A stretch of DNA of 64,000 nt, taken from NCBI GenBank assembly GCA_965215125.1, contig OZ244052.1:576001-640000 (forward strand), given 5' to 3'. Every line of letters begins with the position of its first letter. Position 1 is the stretch's first letter. The translations under genes and the position numbers were made by a program. This stretch comes from an uncultured candidatus Porisulfidus sp. (GTDB lineage Bacteria > Pseudomonadota > Gammaproteobacteria > Poriferisulfidales > Oxydemutatoraceae). The notes beneath the pieces were generated by a model, which did no database searches, was not told where the DNA came from, and worked only from the letters and a program-made list of their open reading frames with translations. Shown piece after piece: positions 42,797 through 52,453 of the stretch.

Positions 42797-43801
42797 ATTC
42801 CAATAGCGGGGCGGTTCGGACACAGTCGTATAGAAAAGTTGATTGGCACCGGGTGGATATATTTTTACCACGGCGCAGTCAAATAGGTCTTTTTCTATGG
42901 AATATAGTAAGTAATTGTTTGAGGCAATAGCATTGAGTTCAGGAAAATCATGATAGGTGTAGATTTTGAGTTCATGTCCTTTGCATCGGTAAAGTCCAGG
43001 AAAACGAAGATCTCTATTCTTCGATATTAAATAAATATCCCTGAATGATTTATTGAGTCTTATAGCGTGGCTGAAAATATGGTTAACTATGCTTAAAATT
43101 TTCTTAGATTTGCCGGCATATATAGAAAACTGTTTGTCGTATAGATTTAAGCAAGCGTAGGGAACCAAATTATAATTGTTATGTAAATAGTGGGTTTTTT
43201 GGCTTTTGTATAGCAAATTCTGAGTATCAAATAAACTTTGTCTGTTGGTCTTGAAATGTTCTAATATCTTGTTCGTCAAACAGTTAACTTTTTCCGAAGG
43301 AATTGTCTTTACATAATAGTGGGGTTTAGAGAGAGTGTGACTTCTCTTATTGTTAGTTAAAGATAAAGCCTTATGTTCGCTATTATTGTTTTTATAAAGT
43401 TGCTCTATATCGACAAGCGGTATTGAAGGTTGACCGGATAATTGCAATTCGGCATCGGCTTCGGAAATCCAGTTCAAAGAAGCGGCTTGTTGTTTAATCA
43501 TCCCATCTGCTTCAACTTTGTATATTTTTGTATTCGTCAAAGCCAGGTAATCTTCTAAACGAAAATCCGGAGAATTTTGCAACTTGTCACGCTGGTTTCT
43601 CCATGAAGTCGGAATCACCGGAACTCTATTTACATCGAGTGCGACACAAATAAAATCTTCTAATACATCAAGCCAATAATCTAAACCTTTATCATTGGGT
43701 TTAGGCCAGTTTTTATAAAATAGATATTTTGTTTCGTTTCGTGAAAGCATCTTGAATCTTGTGTCTGTCGGTAAGCTATATAGTATATATCGTATCAACA
43801 A
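42752..43801 (-). CDS. Divergent third paralog of the GT-like family
   Basis: RVPVIP, TKIYKV, VNCLTNKILEHF, IYTYHDFPEL, LLYSIEK align with the duplicated genes; lacks HIR. Confidence 0.65.
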   Translation of the reverse strand: MLIRYILYSLPTDTRFKMLSRNETKYLFYKNWPKPNDKGLDYWLDVLEDFICVALDVNRVPVIPTSWRNQRDKLQNSPDFRLEDYLALTNTKIYKVEADGMIKQQAASLNWISEADAELQLSGQPSIPLVDIEQLYKNNNSEHKALSLTNNKRSHTLSKPHYYVKTIPSEKVNCLTNKILEHFKTNRQSLFDTQNLLYKSQKTHYLHNNYNLVPYACLNLYDKQFSIYAGKSKKILSIVNHIFSHAIRLNKSFRDIYLISKNRDLRFPGLYRCKGHELKIYTYHDFPELNAIASNNYLLYSIEKDLFDCAVVKIYPPGANQLFYTTVSEPPRYWNLHRLRRKLMPYFFH

Positions 43802-43830
43802 TCCATAACTTGGTATCGAAACAATTTTCT

Positions 43831-44727
43831 CTAGTAATGCTCCTTAAGATCCCAACCGTATCCCGAGAAAAAATCGTATTTTTTAATCAACGAGTCTACC
43901 TCTATTTTTTGATCTTCTGTCCAGTCAAGTTCAAGGCGGCTTCTATAAGGTTCTCTAACTACTTGAGAAACACAATCTTCTAGATAGCCCGAGGGAATAG
44001 AAACTTGTAAAAATTCACAGAGTTTGGTTAATTGTCGCTGCGGATTCTCAACCATATCCTCATGCTTGGCTATAAACACCTCTGCGGCATTAACTTGTTT
44101 AAGGATTTTTATATTACCCTCACAAAAATTTATAAATTTTTTTCTGTCGTCGGCATTGGTTCTTACAGCCGTCGCAATCATATCGTATGGATTACGAACC
44201 GTAAAAATAAACTTTAAGATGATGCCCGTTTTTTGCAACTTTTGCTTAAGATTTTCTAATATCTTTCCTTTTGATAAAACTTCCACATTTTGTCTAGAAT
44301 GTTTTATTCCTATAACTTTTAGCGACTTAAAAGAGCCCTGGTATTGATTAGGAACATGTATATAGCGTTCGTATCGCTTCCCCCTAAGAATAACTGCATT
44401 TGTCTCGTTTGGTTGCGATGAGTACTGACTTCGTGTGTAATCTACACTTAAAATATAGTCAAACATTTTTAATATGTCGGCTTTATAAAGAATATCTTTA
44501 TCGGGACGCTTTCTTTTATTTATTTCTTTAAGAATTCCGATATATTGCATGGGTGCATAGCTAACAGTAGGTTCATCTGCAATAACTATATCAGGATGTG
44601 CCGTTAGTAAATAACTGAGTAGCGACGATCCCGACCGAGGAAAACCTATGGTGAGCACCATGATCCGTATACGGTCAAAAGAGCTTTTTTCAAAGTGCTT
44701 TTTATCCGATGTAGAGGAATCACGCAT
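43831..44727 (-). CDS. PAPS-dependent sulfotransferase
   Basis: 5'-PSB loop IGFPRSGSSLL; 3'-PB motif VRNPYD; HEDMVENPQRQLTKLCEFL. Confidence 0.85.
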   Translation of the reverse strand: MRDSSTSDKKHFEKSSFDRIRIMVLTIGFPRSGSSLLSYLLTAHPDIVIADEPTVSYAPMQYIGILKEINKRKRPDKDILYKADILKMFDYILSVDYTRSQYSSQPNETNAVILRGKRYERYIHVPNQYQGSFKSLKVIGIKHSRQNVEVLSKGKILENLKQKLQKTGIILKFIFTVRNPYDMIATAVRTNADDRKKFINFCEGNIKILKQVNAAEVFIAKHEDMVENPQRQLTKLCEFLQVSIPSGYLEDCVSQVVREPYRSRLELDWTEDQKIEVDSLIKKYDFFSGYGWDLKEHY

Positions 44728-44836
44728 AAAATGAAAATAATGCCGCTTACTTATGCTTTAGGTATTTATTCATTGCCAAAATAGCCTTTTGTGAGTCGGT
44801 GAGCACAGCCGAAATGACACTCATATAACACAATGT

Positions 44837-45640
44837 TTAACCGGCAGGCTGTGCGATACTTTGCGGGTCCAACCGGCGTTCAAACCAGTTGATACGCCAA
44901 TCTAGATGCGGTCCTGTGACACGGCCGGTCGCACCAACTTCGGCAATAATTTGTCCTTGTTCAACGCGTTCGTTCAGCGCAACATTAACTTTACTCAGGT
45001 GCAGAAAAGTTGAAGAGAGTCCGTAGCCGTGATCTATAACCATCGTGATTCCGGAAAAATACATATCTGCTATCATTCTCACAACACCGCCGGCCGGTGC
45101 TTGTATCTCGGTACCTTCGGGGCAGGCAATATCTACTCCGTAATGCGGGCTACGCGGTTGTCCGTTCAATATACGGCGACTACCGTAGACTCCGGTGATG
45201 ATGCCTTCAACCGGCCAAACGAACTCGTCAAAGGCATCTAAATTAGGAGAACTAATATCCCGTATTTTAACAATCATCCCGACTTCCTTGGCAATACGCT
45301 CGTAGACTTCGGGCGGAGGACTAACCTTGTTAGGGTCTAAACCGTCTATACGTTGAACCTCGTAGCTACGACTGGCAATTTTCAGGTTTTCTTCTATACG
45401 CCGACCGTCGGGCGTATGAACGACAAGACGAGCATGTTCGGGCGCATCCGATGTCAAACCGAATATAAAATCACCGTTCTCCGATATTTGCAATAATCGC
45501 CCGTCTAAATAAACTTTAGAGCCTGCTGTTGTTCGGGCACGTACAACACCCCCTTGTATTAATTGACCACGGAATTCAAGCGACGGAACTTCAGCCGCTG
45601 CCGTACCGATAAATAAAACAAAAAACAGAACGGTATTCAA
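44837..45640 (-). CDS. M23 family metallopeptidase
   Basis: PHYGVDI, IDHGYG, FLHL, TGRVTGPHLDW; signal peptide. Confidence 0.92.
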   Translation of the reverse strand: MNTVLFFVLFIGTAAAEVPSLEFRGQLIQGGVVRARTTAGSKVYLDGRLLQISENGDFIFGLTSDAPEHARLVVHTPDGRRIEENLKIASRSYEVQRIDGLDPNKVSPPPEVYERIAKEVGMIVKIRDISSPNLDAFDEFVWPVEGIITGVYGSRRILNGQPRSPHYGVDIACPEGTEIQAPAGGVVRMIADMYFSGITMVIDHGYGLSSTFLHLSKVNVALNERVEQGQIIAEVGATGRVTGPHLDWRINWFERRLDPQSIAQPAG

Positions 45641-45651
45641 AAACTATATCC

Positions 45652-46488
45652 TCATCCGCTATCGGGCGCGCCGCTGTCAGACTTTAGATACAAACGTTTG
45701 GCTTGTAGTTTCTCGTCGTCGGGTAGCTTTGGGGCATAGTTAAAAATTGCTTTTTCCCAATGTCCGTATCGAGGGTTGCTAAGCAATATCCATTTAGTGC
45801 CCCAATATTCCTTGTAAGGTTCTACCTCGGCTACACGTGCCTCTGCAGAAGGAGAATTCGCCAGAAATCTGAAGTCGTTGTAATCGTCTCCGAACATCAT
45901 AATAATTCGATGTGTTTCTGCTATCGCCGCTCTACGACTACTTTTATCACTGCCCCATTCAGCCTGCTCTCCTTTGCATAATATCTGATCGGCTTGTACC
46001 TCGGAATCCACCATCATCCTGATATTCTTGACGGTAGCTTCTTCTAAAGCCGCGTCTCTATTCGTAACATAGAGCACGGCGATACCTTTAGACTTGATTT
46101 CCGAAATCAACTCTTTGACCCCTTTTATAGGCTTTGCTCTCGCCGCATTAGCCCAAACTTTCCAAGTATCATAATGATATACCTGACCGCTTGTGATTAG
46201 ATATGCTTCATACGGGCTATTATCCAATACTGTTTCGTCAATATCAAAAATTACCGCCGGTGGTAAGTTCCGATAACCTTCACGTTGCTCTAGGGCAGCA
46301 GTCCAATTTTTATTCTGCAAGGCTCTGTCTAAATTCATACGCGCTGCATTGAATGCTTGATTAGTTGCGGCAACGTACTCCGCCGACGATTGCATCCACA
46401 AAGTACTATTCAAACCTCCGTAATCCATATTGCGTGAGTCACAACCGAAAATCGGCAAAATTAAAAATAAAATGGTTATCTTTTTCAT
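45652..46488 (-). CDS. Class C acid phosphatase / 5'-nucleotidase lipoprotein (e(P4) family)
   Basis: Lipobox IFGC; FDIDETVLDNSPY; YVTNR; FGDDYNDF; NPRYGHWE. Confidence 0.9.
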   Translation of the reverse strand: MKKITILFLILPIFGCDSRNMDYGGLNSTLWMQSSAEYVAATNQAFNAARMNLDRALQNKNWTAALEQREGYRNLPPAVIFDIDETVLDNSPYEAYLITSGQVYHYDTWKVWANAARAKPIKGVKELISEIKSKGIAVLYVTNRDAALEEATVKNIRMMVDSEVQADQILCKGEQAEWGSDKSSRRAAIAETHRIIMMFGDDYNDFRFLANSPSAEARVAEVEPYKEYWGTKWILLSNPRYGHWEKAIFNYAPKLPDDEKLQAKRLYLKSDSGAPDSG

Positions 46489-46613
46489 AATAAGTCCCTC
46501 CTCCCTAAAATAACAATGCATAGTCAAATTGACTTTACACACTATTATACAACTACTAAGAGTAGAGATGCGACCCATTCCCACGGATCATTTCTCTCCT
46601 CTGAAGGGGAACG

Positions 46614-46659
46614 ACCACCCCGTCAGGCGTAGCCTGCCACCCCTCCACAGGAGGGGAAT
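46614..46659 (+). repeat. REP-like double-hairpin repeat (modules B+C)
   Basis: ACCACCCCGTCAGGCGTAGCCTGCCACCCCTCCACAGGAGGGGAAT. Confidence 0.85.
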
Positions 46660-46678
46660 GATCGGCCCCTACGGGTGG

Positions 46679-47254
46679 TTATCGTAGTTCTACCGGACTC
46701 CACCAGTTCGGGCTGGACAATTCCACTGCTTCCATGCCTGTTAATTTGTTTGATAACTCTAGGCCAGCCACACCCGGTTCGGTCTCCAAGAGATAGGCGT
46801 TCTTAGTGAAATCCATCTTAGATATTTGATTAAGATCCATCCCGGCAAAGAAAGCATCTATATCCGCTTGTTTCATCTCGGGTGATAAAACGACGAGCAC
46901 ACCTCCCGGCAAAGCTTTCCATGCACCGTTCTCGGTGACTAAGACCGGGAATACATTGTCGCCCATTTGATGCCAACTCTGCTTCTTGACCACCCTCAAC
47001 TCACCGTTATCGGCAAGCACATCCTCCGATTTTATCGCCGACGGTTGTTCGGATTGCTCTTCGGCATCGTAGCGTTCCATTACTAGATTTTCGGCTTCCC
47101 ATAAGGAGATTATGTAATCTCCGTCTTGCCAACTATACACTTTACCGTCTTTGTCGGGAAGCACACGAAATCTTTCGCTATCTTGCGCCATAACCGGCAA
47201 CATACTCAAGCCGATAACAATCGTAGCTAAAACTAAAATATCTTTATGTTTCAT
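46679..47254 (-). CDS. Hypothetical secreted protein
   Basis: Signal peptide ending MA-QD; RBS GAGG; C-terminal alpha/beta domain of unknown family. Confidence 0.65.
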   Translation of the reverse strand: MKHKDILVLATIVIGLSMLPVMAQDSERFRVLPDKDGKVYSWQDGDYIISLWEAENLVMERYDAEEQSEQPSAIKSEDVLADNGELRVVKKQSWHQMGDNVFPVLVTENGAWKALPGGVLVVLSPEMKQADIDAFFAGMDLNQISKMDFTKNAYLLETEPGVAGLELSNKLTGMEAVELSSPNWWSPVELR

Positions 47255-47290
47255 GACCACCTCAATAATTGAGTCCGATTTCAAGGCACT

Positions 47291-47677
47291 TTATTTATCG
47301 TATTTGATATAAGCAAAGCGAGCATCCGATGGGGTACCGGTTAAGGAACTCTCTTCTTCACCGGGCTGCCATTGTATAACTTCTTCTATTTTCTTAGCTA
47401 GCTCAAAGTCTTTATTCGTCACACCTTTGGCGGCGTGGTTCATCAGCTTAACAATAACAAAAGCATAAGAAACGGTTAAGTCGGGATGATGAAAAGCTGC
47501 CTCCGATAAATGCCCGACGGTATTGACTACCATCAGGGTGCTCTTCCAGCTATGGGTACGATATTTACGGCGAATCCAACCGTTTTCATAATACCAGTGC
47601 GGCAGTTCCTCTTTGAGGCGTGCTTCTATGTCCGCCTCACTATATGCCTCTTCGTCTTCGTGTTGTCTCCAACTCAT
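47291..47677 (-). CDS. Pterin-4-alpha-carbinolamine dehydratase
   Basis: EAAFHHPDLTVSY...LMNHAAKGVTNKDFELAKKIE. Confidence 0.9.
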   Translation of the reverse strand: MSWRQHEDEEAYSEADIEARLKEELPHWYYENGWIRRKYRTHSWKSTLMVVNTVGHLSEAAFHHPDLTVSYAFVIVKLMNHAAKGVTNKDFELAKKIEEVIQWQPGEEESSLTGTPSDARFAYIKYDK

Positions 47678-47909
47678 AATAATCTCCGTTAATTTGGTTA
47701 AACATAAACCATTGTAATACAATATCCGAACTATCGGGGGTGTCACGAATATAAATTTTTCGCATTAAAATTTCCACCCGATGCCACATAGTTTATACCG
47801 ACAATGGTTATGGTTTGTAGTACAATGACTTAAATCTTAATGAACACCACAGATTGAAAATGACTCTCTTTCAATGCAAAACTACATTTAATATGCTCTA
47901 CAAAGTGCA

Positions 47910-49607
47910 ATGACGGAAACGATAATCAAACTAAAGCAGAGCAAACGTCTCAAACGCAAGCGAGGCCAACCTAAAGGCAGACAGGTCTCGGATGTCGCTC
48001 TGTCGGAAATCAGAGATTTGTTGGGATATCGTTCCAGACGTCGCGATCTTCTGCTCGAACACTTGCATTTAATACAAGACCGCTACGGTCATATCGCTTT
48101 CGATCATTGTGTCGCACTCGCACACGAAATGAAAATATCTACATCGGAAGTCTACGAAGTTGCCACCTTTTATCATCATTTTGATTTGGTGAGCGACGAA
48201 CAAACACCGCCGCCGCCATTAACCGTTAGAGTATGCGATTCTATTAGCTGTCAAATGGACGGTTGCGAGGCATTGATAGAGGCATTAGAGAAAAACTTGA
48301 ATGCCGACGAAGTCAGAATACAACGCGTGCCTTGCGTCGGTCGTTGTGAGCAAGCACCGGTCGCGGTAGTCGGTACAAATCCCATTGCAACGGCAACACC
48401 GAAGACTATATCGGCGGCGATACAACAAAAATCAACCAAGGCACCCACCATCACAACGCATATAAGTTATGCGGCATACAAGCAAAAAGGCGGTTATCAA
48501 CTACTCAAGGCTCTGCACGACGGCACACGCAACACCGAGTCGGTGATACAAGCCTTAGACGACTCGGGATTACGCGGTTTAGGCGGTGCCGGCTTCCCGA
48601 GCGGGCGCAAATGGCGTATCGTCAAAGAACAACCGGCACCGCGTTATCTAGCGATCAATATAGACGAAGGTGAACCCGGCACATTCAAGGACCGATACTA
48701 CTTAGAAATAGACCCCCACCGTTTTTTCGAAGGGATGCTGATTGCATCATTCGTCGTAGAACTAGAAGCGATTTATATTTATTTGCGAGACGAGTACGCC
48801 GGGGTGCGCGAGATGTTGACCGAAGAACTGGAATTATTGCAAAAAGAATCCGAATTACCGTTGCCGTCCATAGAACTTCGACGCGCCGCAGGGGCTTATA
48901 TCTGCGGCGAGGAATCGGCAATGATAGAGTCCATAGAAGGCAAGCGCGGGATGCCTCGTTTGCGCCCTCCGTTCATCGCCCAAGTCGGTTTGTTCGGTAG
49001 ACCGACCTTGGAACATAATATGGAAACCTTGTATTGGGTGCGAGAAATCGTAGAAAAAGGCGGCGAATGGTTTGCTTCAAGTGGACGAAACGGGCGCAAA
49101 GGTTTACGCTCGTTCTCGGTGAGCGGGCGCGTCAACAAACCGGGTGTACATCTCGCACCGGCCGGCATCACCGTAAAAGAATTGATTGACGAATTCTGCG
49201 GCGGCATGCAAGAAGGACATGCATTCTACGGTTATTTTCCGGGCGGTGCTTCGGGCGGTATTTTGCCGGCATCGATGGGAGATATCCCGTTGGATTTCGA
49301 CACCTTGAACGAATACGGTTGTTTTATCGGATCGGCAGCGATAGTCGTGCTTTCGGATCAGGATGGGGCGCGTACGAGCGCACTCAATGCGATGCGTTTT
49401 TTCTCGCACGAATCGTGCGGTAAATGCACACCGTGTCGGGTCGGAACCTCTAAGGCGGTGATGCTGATGGAGAAAGAAAAATGGGATGTACCTTTGATGA
49501 ACGAACTGAGCAAGGTGATGGCGGATGCATCTATCTGCGGATTAGGTCAAGCCGCACCCAATCCTTTACAATGTATTATTAAGTACTTCCCATCGGAAAT
49601 AGAGTAA
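47910..49607 (+). CDS. NAD-dependent formate dehydrogenase beta subunit (NuoE/NuoF-like fusion)
   Basis: VCDSISC...PCVGRC [2Fe-2S]; GLRGLGGAGFP; YICGEESA; ESCGKCTPCR. Confidence 0.92.
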   Translation: MTETIIKLKQSKRLKRKRGQPKGRQVSDVALSEIRDLLGYRSRRRDLLLEHLHLIQDRYGHIAFDHCVALAHEMKISTSEVYEVATFYHHFDLVSDEQTPPPPLTVRVCDSISCQMDGCEALIEALEKNLNADEVRIQRVPCVGRCEQAPVAVVGTNPIATATPKTISAAIQQKSTKAPTITTHISYAAYKQKGGYQLLKALHDGTRNTESVIQALDDSGLRGLGGAGFPSGRKWRIVKEQPAPRYLAINIDEGEPGTFKDRYYLEIDPHRFFEGMLIASFVVELEAIYIYLRDEYAGVREMLTEELELLQKESELPLPSIELRRAAGAYICGEESAMIESIEGKRGMPRLRPPFIAQVGLFGRPTLEHNMETLYWVREIVEKGGEWFASSGRNGRKGLRSFSVSGRVNKPGVHLAPAGITVKELIDEFCGGMQEGHAFYGYFPGGASGGILPASMGDIPLDFDTLNEYGCFIGSAAIVVLSDQDGARTSALNAMRFFSHESCGKCTPCRVGTSKAVMLMEKEKWDVPLMNELSKVMADASICGLGQAAPNPLQCIIKYFPSEIE

Positions 49608-49621
49608 CTACGGAGAATATT

Positions 49622-52390
49622 ATGGCGGCAAATCCCGAATATTTTGCAAACACGCAAACGGTCGAGTTCGTACTAAACGGACAAACCATAAGTGCTTTTG
49701 AAGGTGAGACGATTTTACAAGCGGCGAAGCGACACGGAATAGACATCCCACATCTGTGTTTTAAGGAGGGCTTGCGTGCCGACGGCAACTGCCGTGCGTG
49801 CATGGTGGAAATAGAAGGCGAGCGGGTGTTGCAACCCTCATGCGTGAGACAACCGACTGCCGATATGAAAGTCACTACCGATAATCCTCGCTCCCTACAC
49901 GCACAACGTATGGTGCTGGAGCTTCTGCAATCCGACATGGTGCAGCAAAGCTATACATTAAATAGCGAATTAGACCGATGGAGCCGTCACTTAGACCTCG
50001 GCTTGCCGCGTTTTGAAAGCCGAGTTAATCCGCCTGCCGATAATTCTCATCCGGCGATTGCAGTCAATCTCGATGCCTGCATACAATGCACCCGTTGCTT
50101 GCGCGCGTGTCGCGAAGAGCAGAACAACGATGTGATCGGTTATGCTCGGCGCGGTGCCGGTTCGGAGATTGTCTTTGACTTGGACGACCCGATGGGGATG
50201 AGTAGCTGCGTGGGCTGTGGAGAATGTGTACAGGCTTGTCCCACCGGTGCGCTCATGCCGTCGCACGAAGTCGGTATGCAAGAACTAGATCGTAAAGTTG
50301 ATTCGGTTTGCCCTTATTGCGGTGTCGGTTGCTTGCTGAGTTTTAATGTTAAGGACGATAAGATTATTTATGTCGAAGGGCGAGACGGGCCTTCCAATCA
50401 TAGCCGCTTATGCGTCAAGGGACGTTACGGCTTTGATTATATACACAATGAAGATCGGCTCACAAAACCTTTGATCCGAGTTGAGGGCACCCCTAAAATC
50501 GCCGAGATAGAATCACTGAGCGACGATGATATCTCACAAATGTTTCGCGAGGCGAGCTGGGACGAGGCTCTGGATTATGCTGCCGAAGGCTTGAAAAAAA
50601 TATACGCCGAAGGTGGTCCTTCGTCGGTTGCCGGCTTCGGGTCGGCTAAAGGCACGAACGAAGAAGCATATTTATTTCAGAAATTGATACGCACCGGTTT
50701 TGCAACCAATAATGTAGACCACTGCACGCGCTTATGCCATGCTTCTTCGGTTGCCGCACTCCTGGAGGGCATAGGTTCCGGCGCAGTCTCCAACCAAGTG
50801 TGCGATGTTAAAGAATCCGAGGTTATCGTCGTTATCGGCGCAAACCCGACCGAAAATCATCCGGTCGCTGCGACCTTTATTAAAAACGCGGCGCGTTCCG
50901 GTAAGTCTTTAATCGTTATGGATCCGCGGGCGGTAGAGCTTTCCAAACATGCCGATTATTATTTGCAGTTCAAACCCGACACCGATGTCGCATTGCTCAA
51001 CGCAATGATGCACTCTATTATCAAACAAGGTTTGGTCGATGAAAAATTCATCGCCGAACGAACCGAAGGCTATAGCGAACTGGAGGCACATCTAAAAGAT
51101 TATTCCCCCGAGGCGATGGCACCTATTTGCGGCATAGATGCAAAAACCATAGACGAAGTCGCAGCTTTGTATGCGGGATCCAAAGCCTCTATCATCTTCT
51201 GGGGCATGGGCATCTCACAGCATATACACGGAACCGACAACGCGCGGTGCCTAATCGCGCTATCGCTGATGACCGGTCAAATCGGTAGACCGGGTACCGG
51301 ATTACACCCGTTGCGCGGACAAAATAATGTGCAGGGTGCTTCGGACGCAGGTTTGATACCGATGGTCTTCCCGGATTATCAACGCGTAGACAACGATGCG
51401 GCAGCGGATCGTTTCGAAAAATTATGGGGTTGCGAACTGGACAAAAAACCCGGCTTGACCGTGGTGGAAATCATGCACGAAGCCGAACGAAAAAAAATTC
51501 GCGGCATGTATATCATGGGGGAAAATCCGGCAATGTCCGACCCGAACCTCAACCATGCCCGCAAGGCACTCGCAACACTCGACCATTTAATCGTGCAGGA
51601 TATTTTTATGACCGAGACCGCGCTGTTTGCCGATGTTATTTTGCCGGCATCGGCTTTCCCCGAAAAAACCGGTACCGTGACCAACACCGACCGTCGCGTG
51701 CAGCTCGGCAGGCAAGCCTTAGACCCCCCCGGCGATGCGCGACTGGATTTATGGATTATACAAGATATCGCACAACGCATAGGTTTGGATTGGCACTACG
51801 AAAAAGTCTCCGATGTGTTTGACGAGATGCGCGAATGTATGGATAGCATCAAAGGTATTAGTTGGGAACGGTTGGAGCAGACAGGTTCGGTCACCTATCC
51901 GTGTAGCGATGCCGAAGACCCAGGACAACCGATTTTATTTAAGGAAAACTTTCCTACCGCAAACGGACTCGGTCGCTTCGTACCGGCGGAGTTCACCCAC
52001 GCAGACGAAATGCCGGATCAACAATATCCTTTTATATTCATCACCGGACGGCAATTGGAGCATTGGCATACCGGAGCGATGACGCGGCGAGCGTCGGTAT
52101 TAGCGGCGATAGAACCCCACCCGGTTGCATCGGTACACCCCGACGATTTGGCCGCCATCGACGCGCAAGCCGGCGACACCATTAGGCTGACTTCCAAACG
52201 CGGCACCGTAGAATGTTTGGCACGTACCGACAGAGGCTTGATACGCGGACAAGTCTTTATGCCGTTTTGCTATAGAGAAGCTGCCGCCAATTTGTTAACC
52301 AACGCAGCTTTGGATCCCTACGGGAAAATACCCGAGTTCAAGTTTTGTGCATTGAAGCTGGAAAAAATAGAGTCATCACCCGCATCGTAA
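49622..52390 (+). CDS. Formate dehydrogenase alpha subunit (Mo/W-bisPGD, Cys ligand)
   Basis: N-terminal Fe-S domains; CPYCGVGC; DHCTRLCHASSV; LRGQNNVQGASD. Confidence 0.95.
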   Translation: MAANPEYFANTQTVEFVLNGQTISAFEGETILQAAKRHGIDIPHLCFKEGLRADGNCRACMVEIEGERVLQPSCVRQPTADMKVTTDNPRSLHAQRMVLELLQSDMVQQSYTLNSELDRWSRHLDLGLPRFESRVNPPADNSHPAIAVNLDACIQCTRCLRACREEQNNDVIGYARRGAGSEIVFDLDDPMGMSSCVGCGECVQACPTGALMPSHEVGMQELDRKVDSVCPYCGVGCLLSFNVKDDKIIYVEGRDGPSNHSRLCVKGRYGFDYIHNEDRLTKPLIRVEGTPKIAEIESLSDDDISQMFREASWDEALDYAAEGLKKIYAEGGPSSVAGFGSAKGTNEEAYLFQKLIRTGFATNNVDHCTRLCHASSVAALLEGIGSGAVSNQVCDVKESEVIVVIGANPTENHPVAATFIKNAARSGKSLIVMDPRAVELSKHADYYLQFKPDTDVALLNAMMHSIIKQGLVDEKFIAERTEGYSELEAHLKDYSPEAMAPICGIDAKTIDEVAALYAGSKASIIFWGMGISQHIHGTDNARCLIALSLMTGQIGRPGTGLHPLRGQNNVQGASDAGLIPMVFPDYQRVDNDAAADRFEKLWGCELDKKPGLTVVEIMHEAERKKIRGMYIMGENPAMSDPNLNHARKALATLDHLIVQDIFMTETALFADVILPASAFPEKTGTVTNTDRRVQLGRQALDPPGDARLDLWIIQDIAQRIGLDWHYEKVSDVFDEMRECMDSIKGISWERLEQTGSVTYPCSDAEDPGQPILFKENFPTANGLGRFVPAEFTHADEMPDQQYPFIFITGRQLEHWHTGAMTRRASVLAAIEPHPVASVHPDDLAAIDAQAGDTIRLTSKRGTVECLARTDRGLIRGQVFMPFCYREAAANLLTNAALDPYGKIPEFKFCALKLEKIESSPAS

Positions 52391-52453
52391 AACAAAACAC
52401 TTGCTCTGTTCAGCATTTCATCTGAGCATAATGATTACTCCTCTATAACATCA

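Larger units (their letters stand above)
39140..42811 (+). repeat. Tandem duplication with 1849 bp period (aminotransferase 3' end, HIT gene, GT-like gene)
   Basis: Copy 1 starts at 39140 and copy 2 at 40989; the HIT genes are 1849 bp apart. Confidence 0.95.

Noticed and set aside
39140-42811. Pure assembly artefact
   Set aside because: The copies differ by many substitutions and an indel and have a structured junction; long-read confirmation is still advisable.
49622-52390. Selenocysteine formate dehydrogenase
   Set aside because: The active-site codon is TGC (RLCHA) and there is no in-frame TGA.
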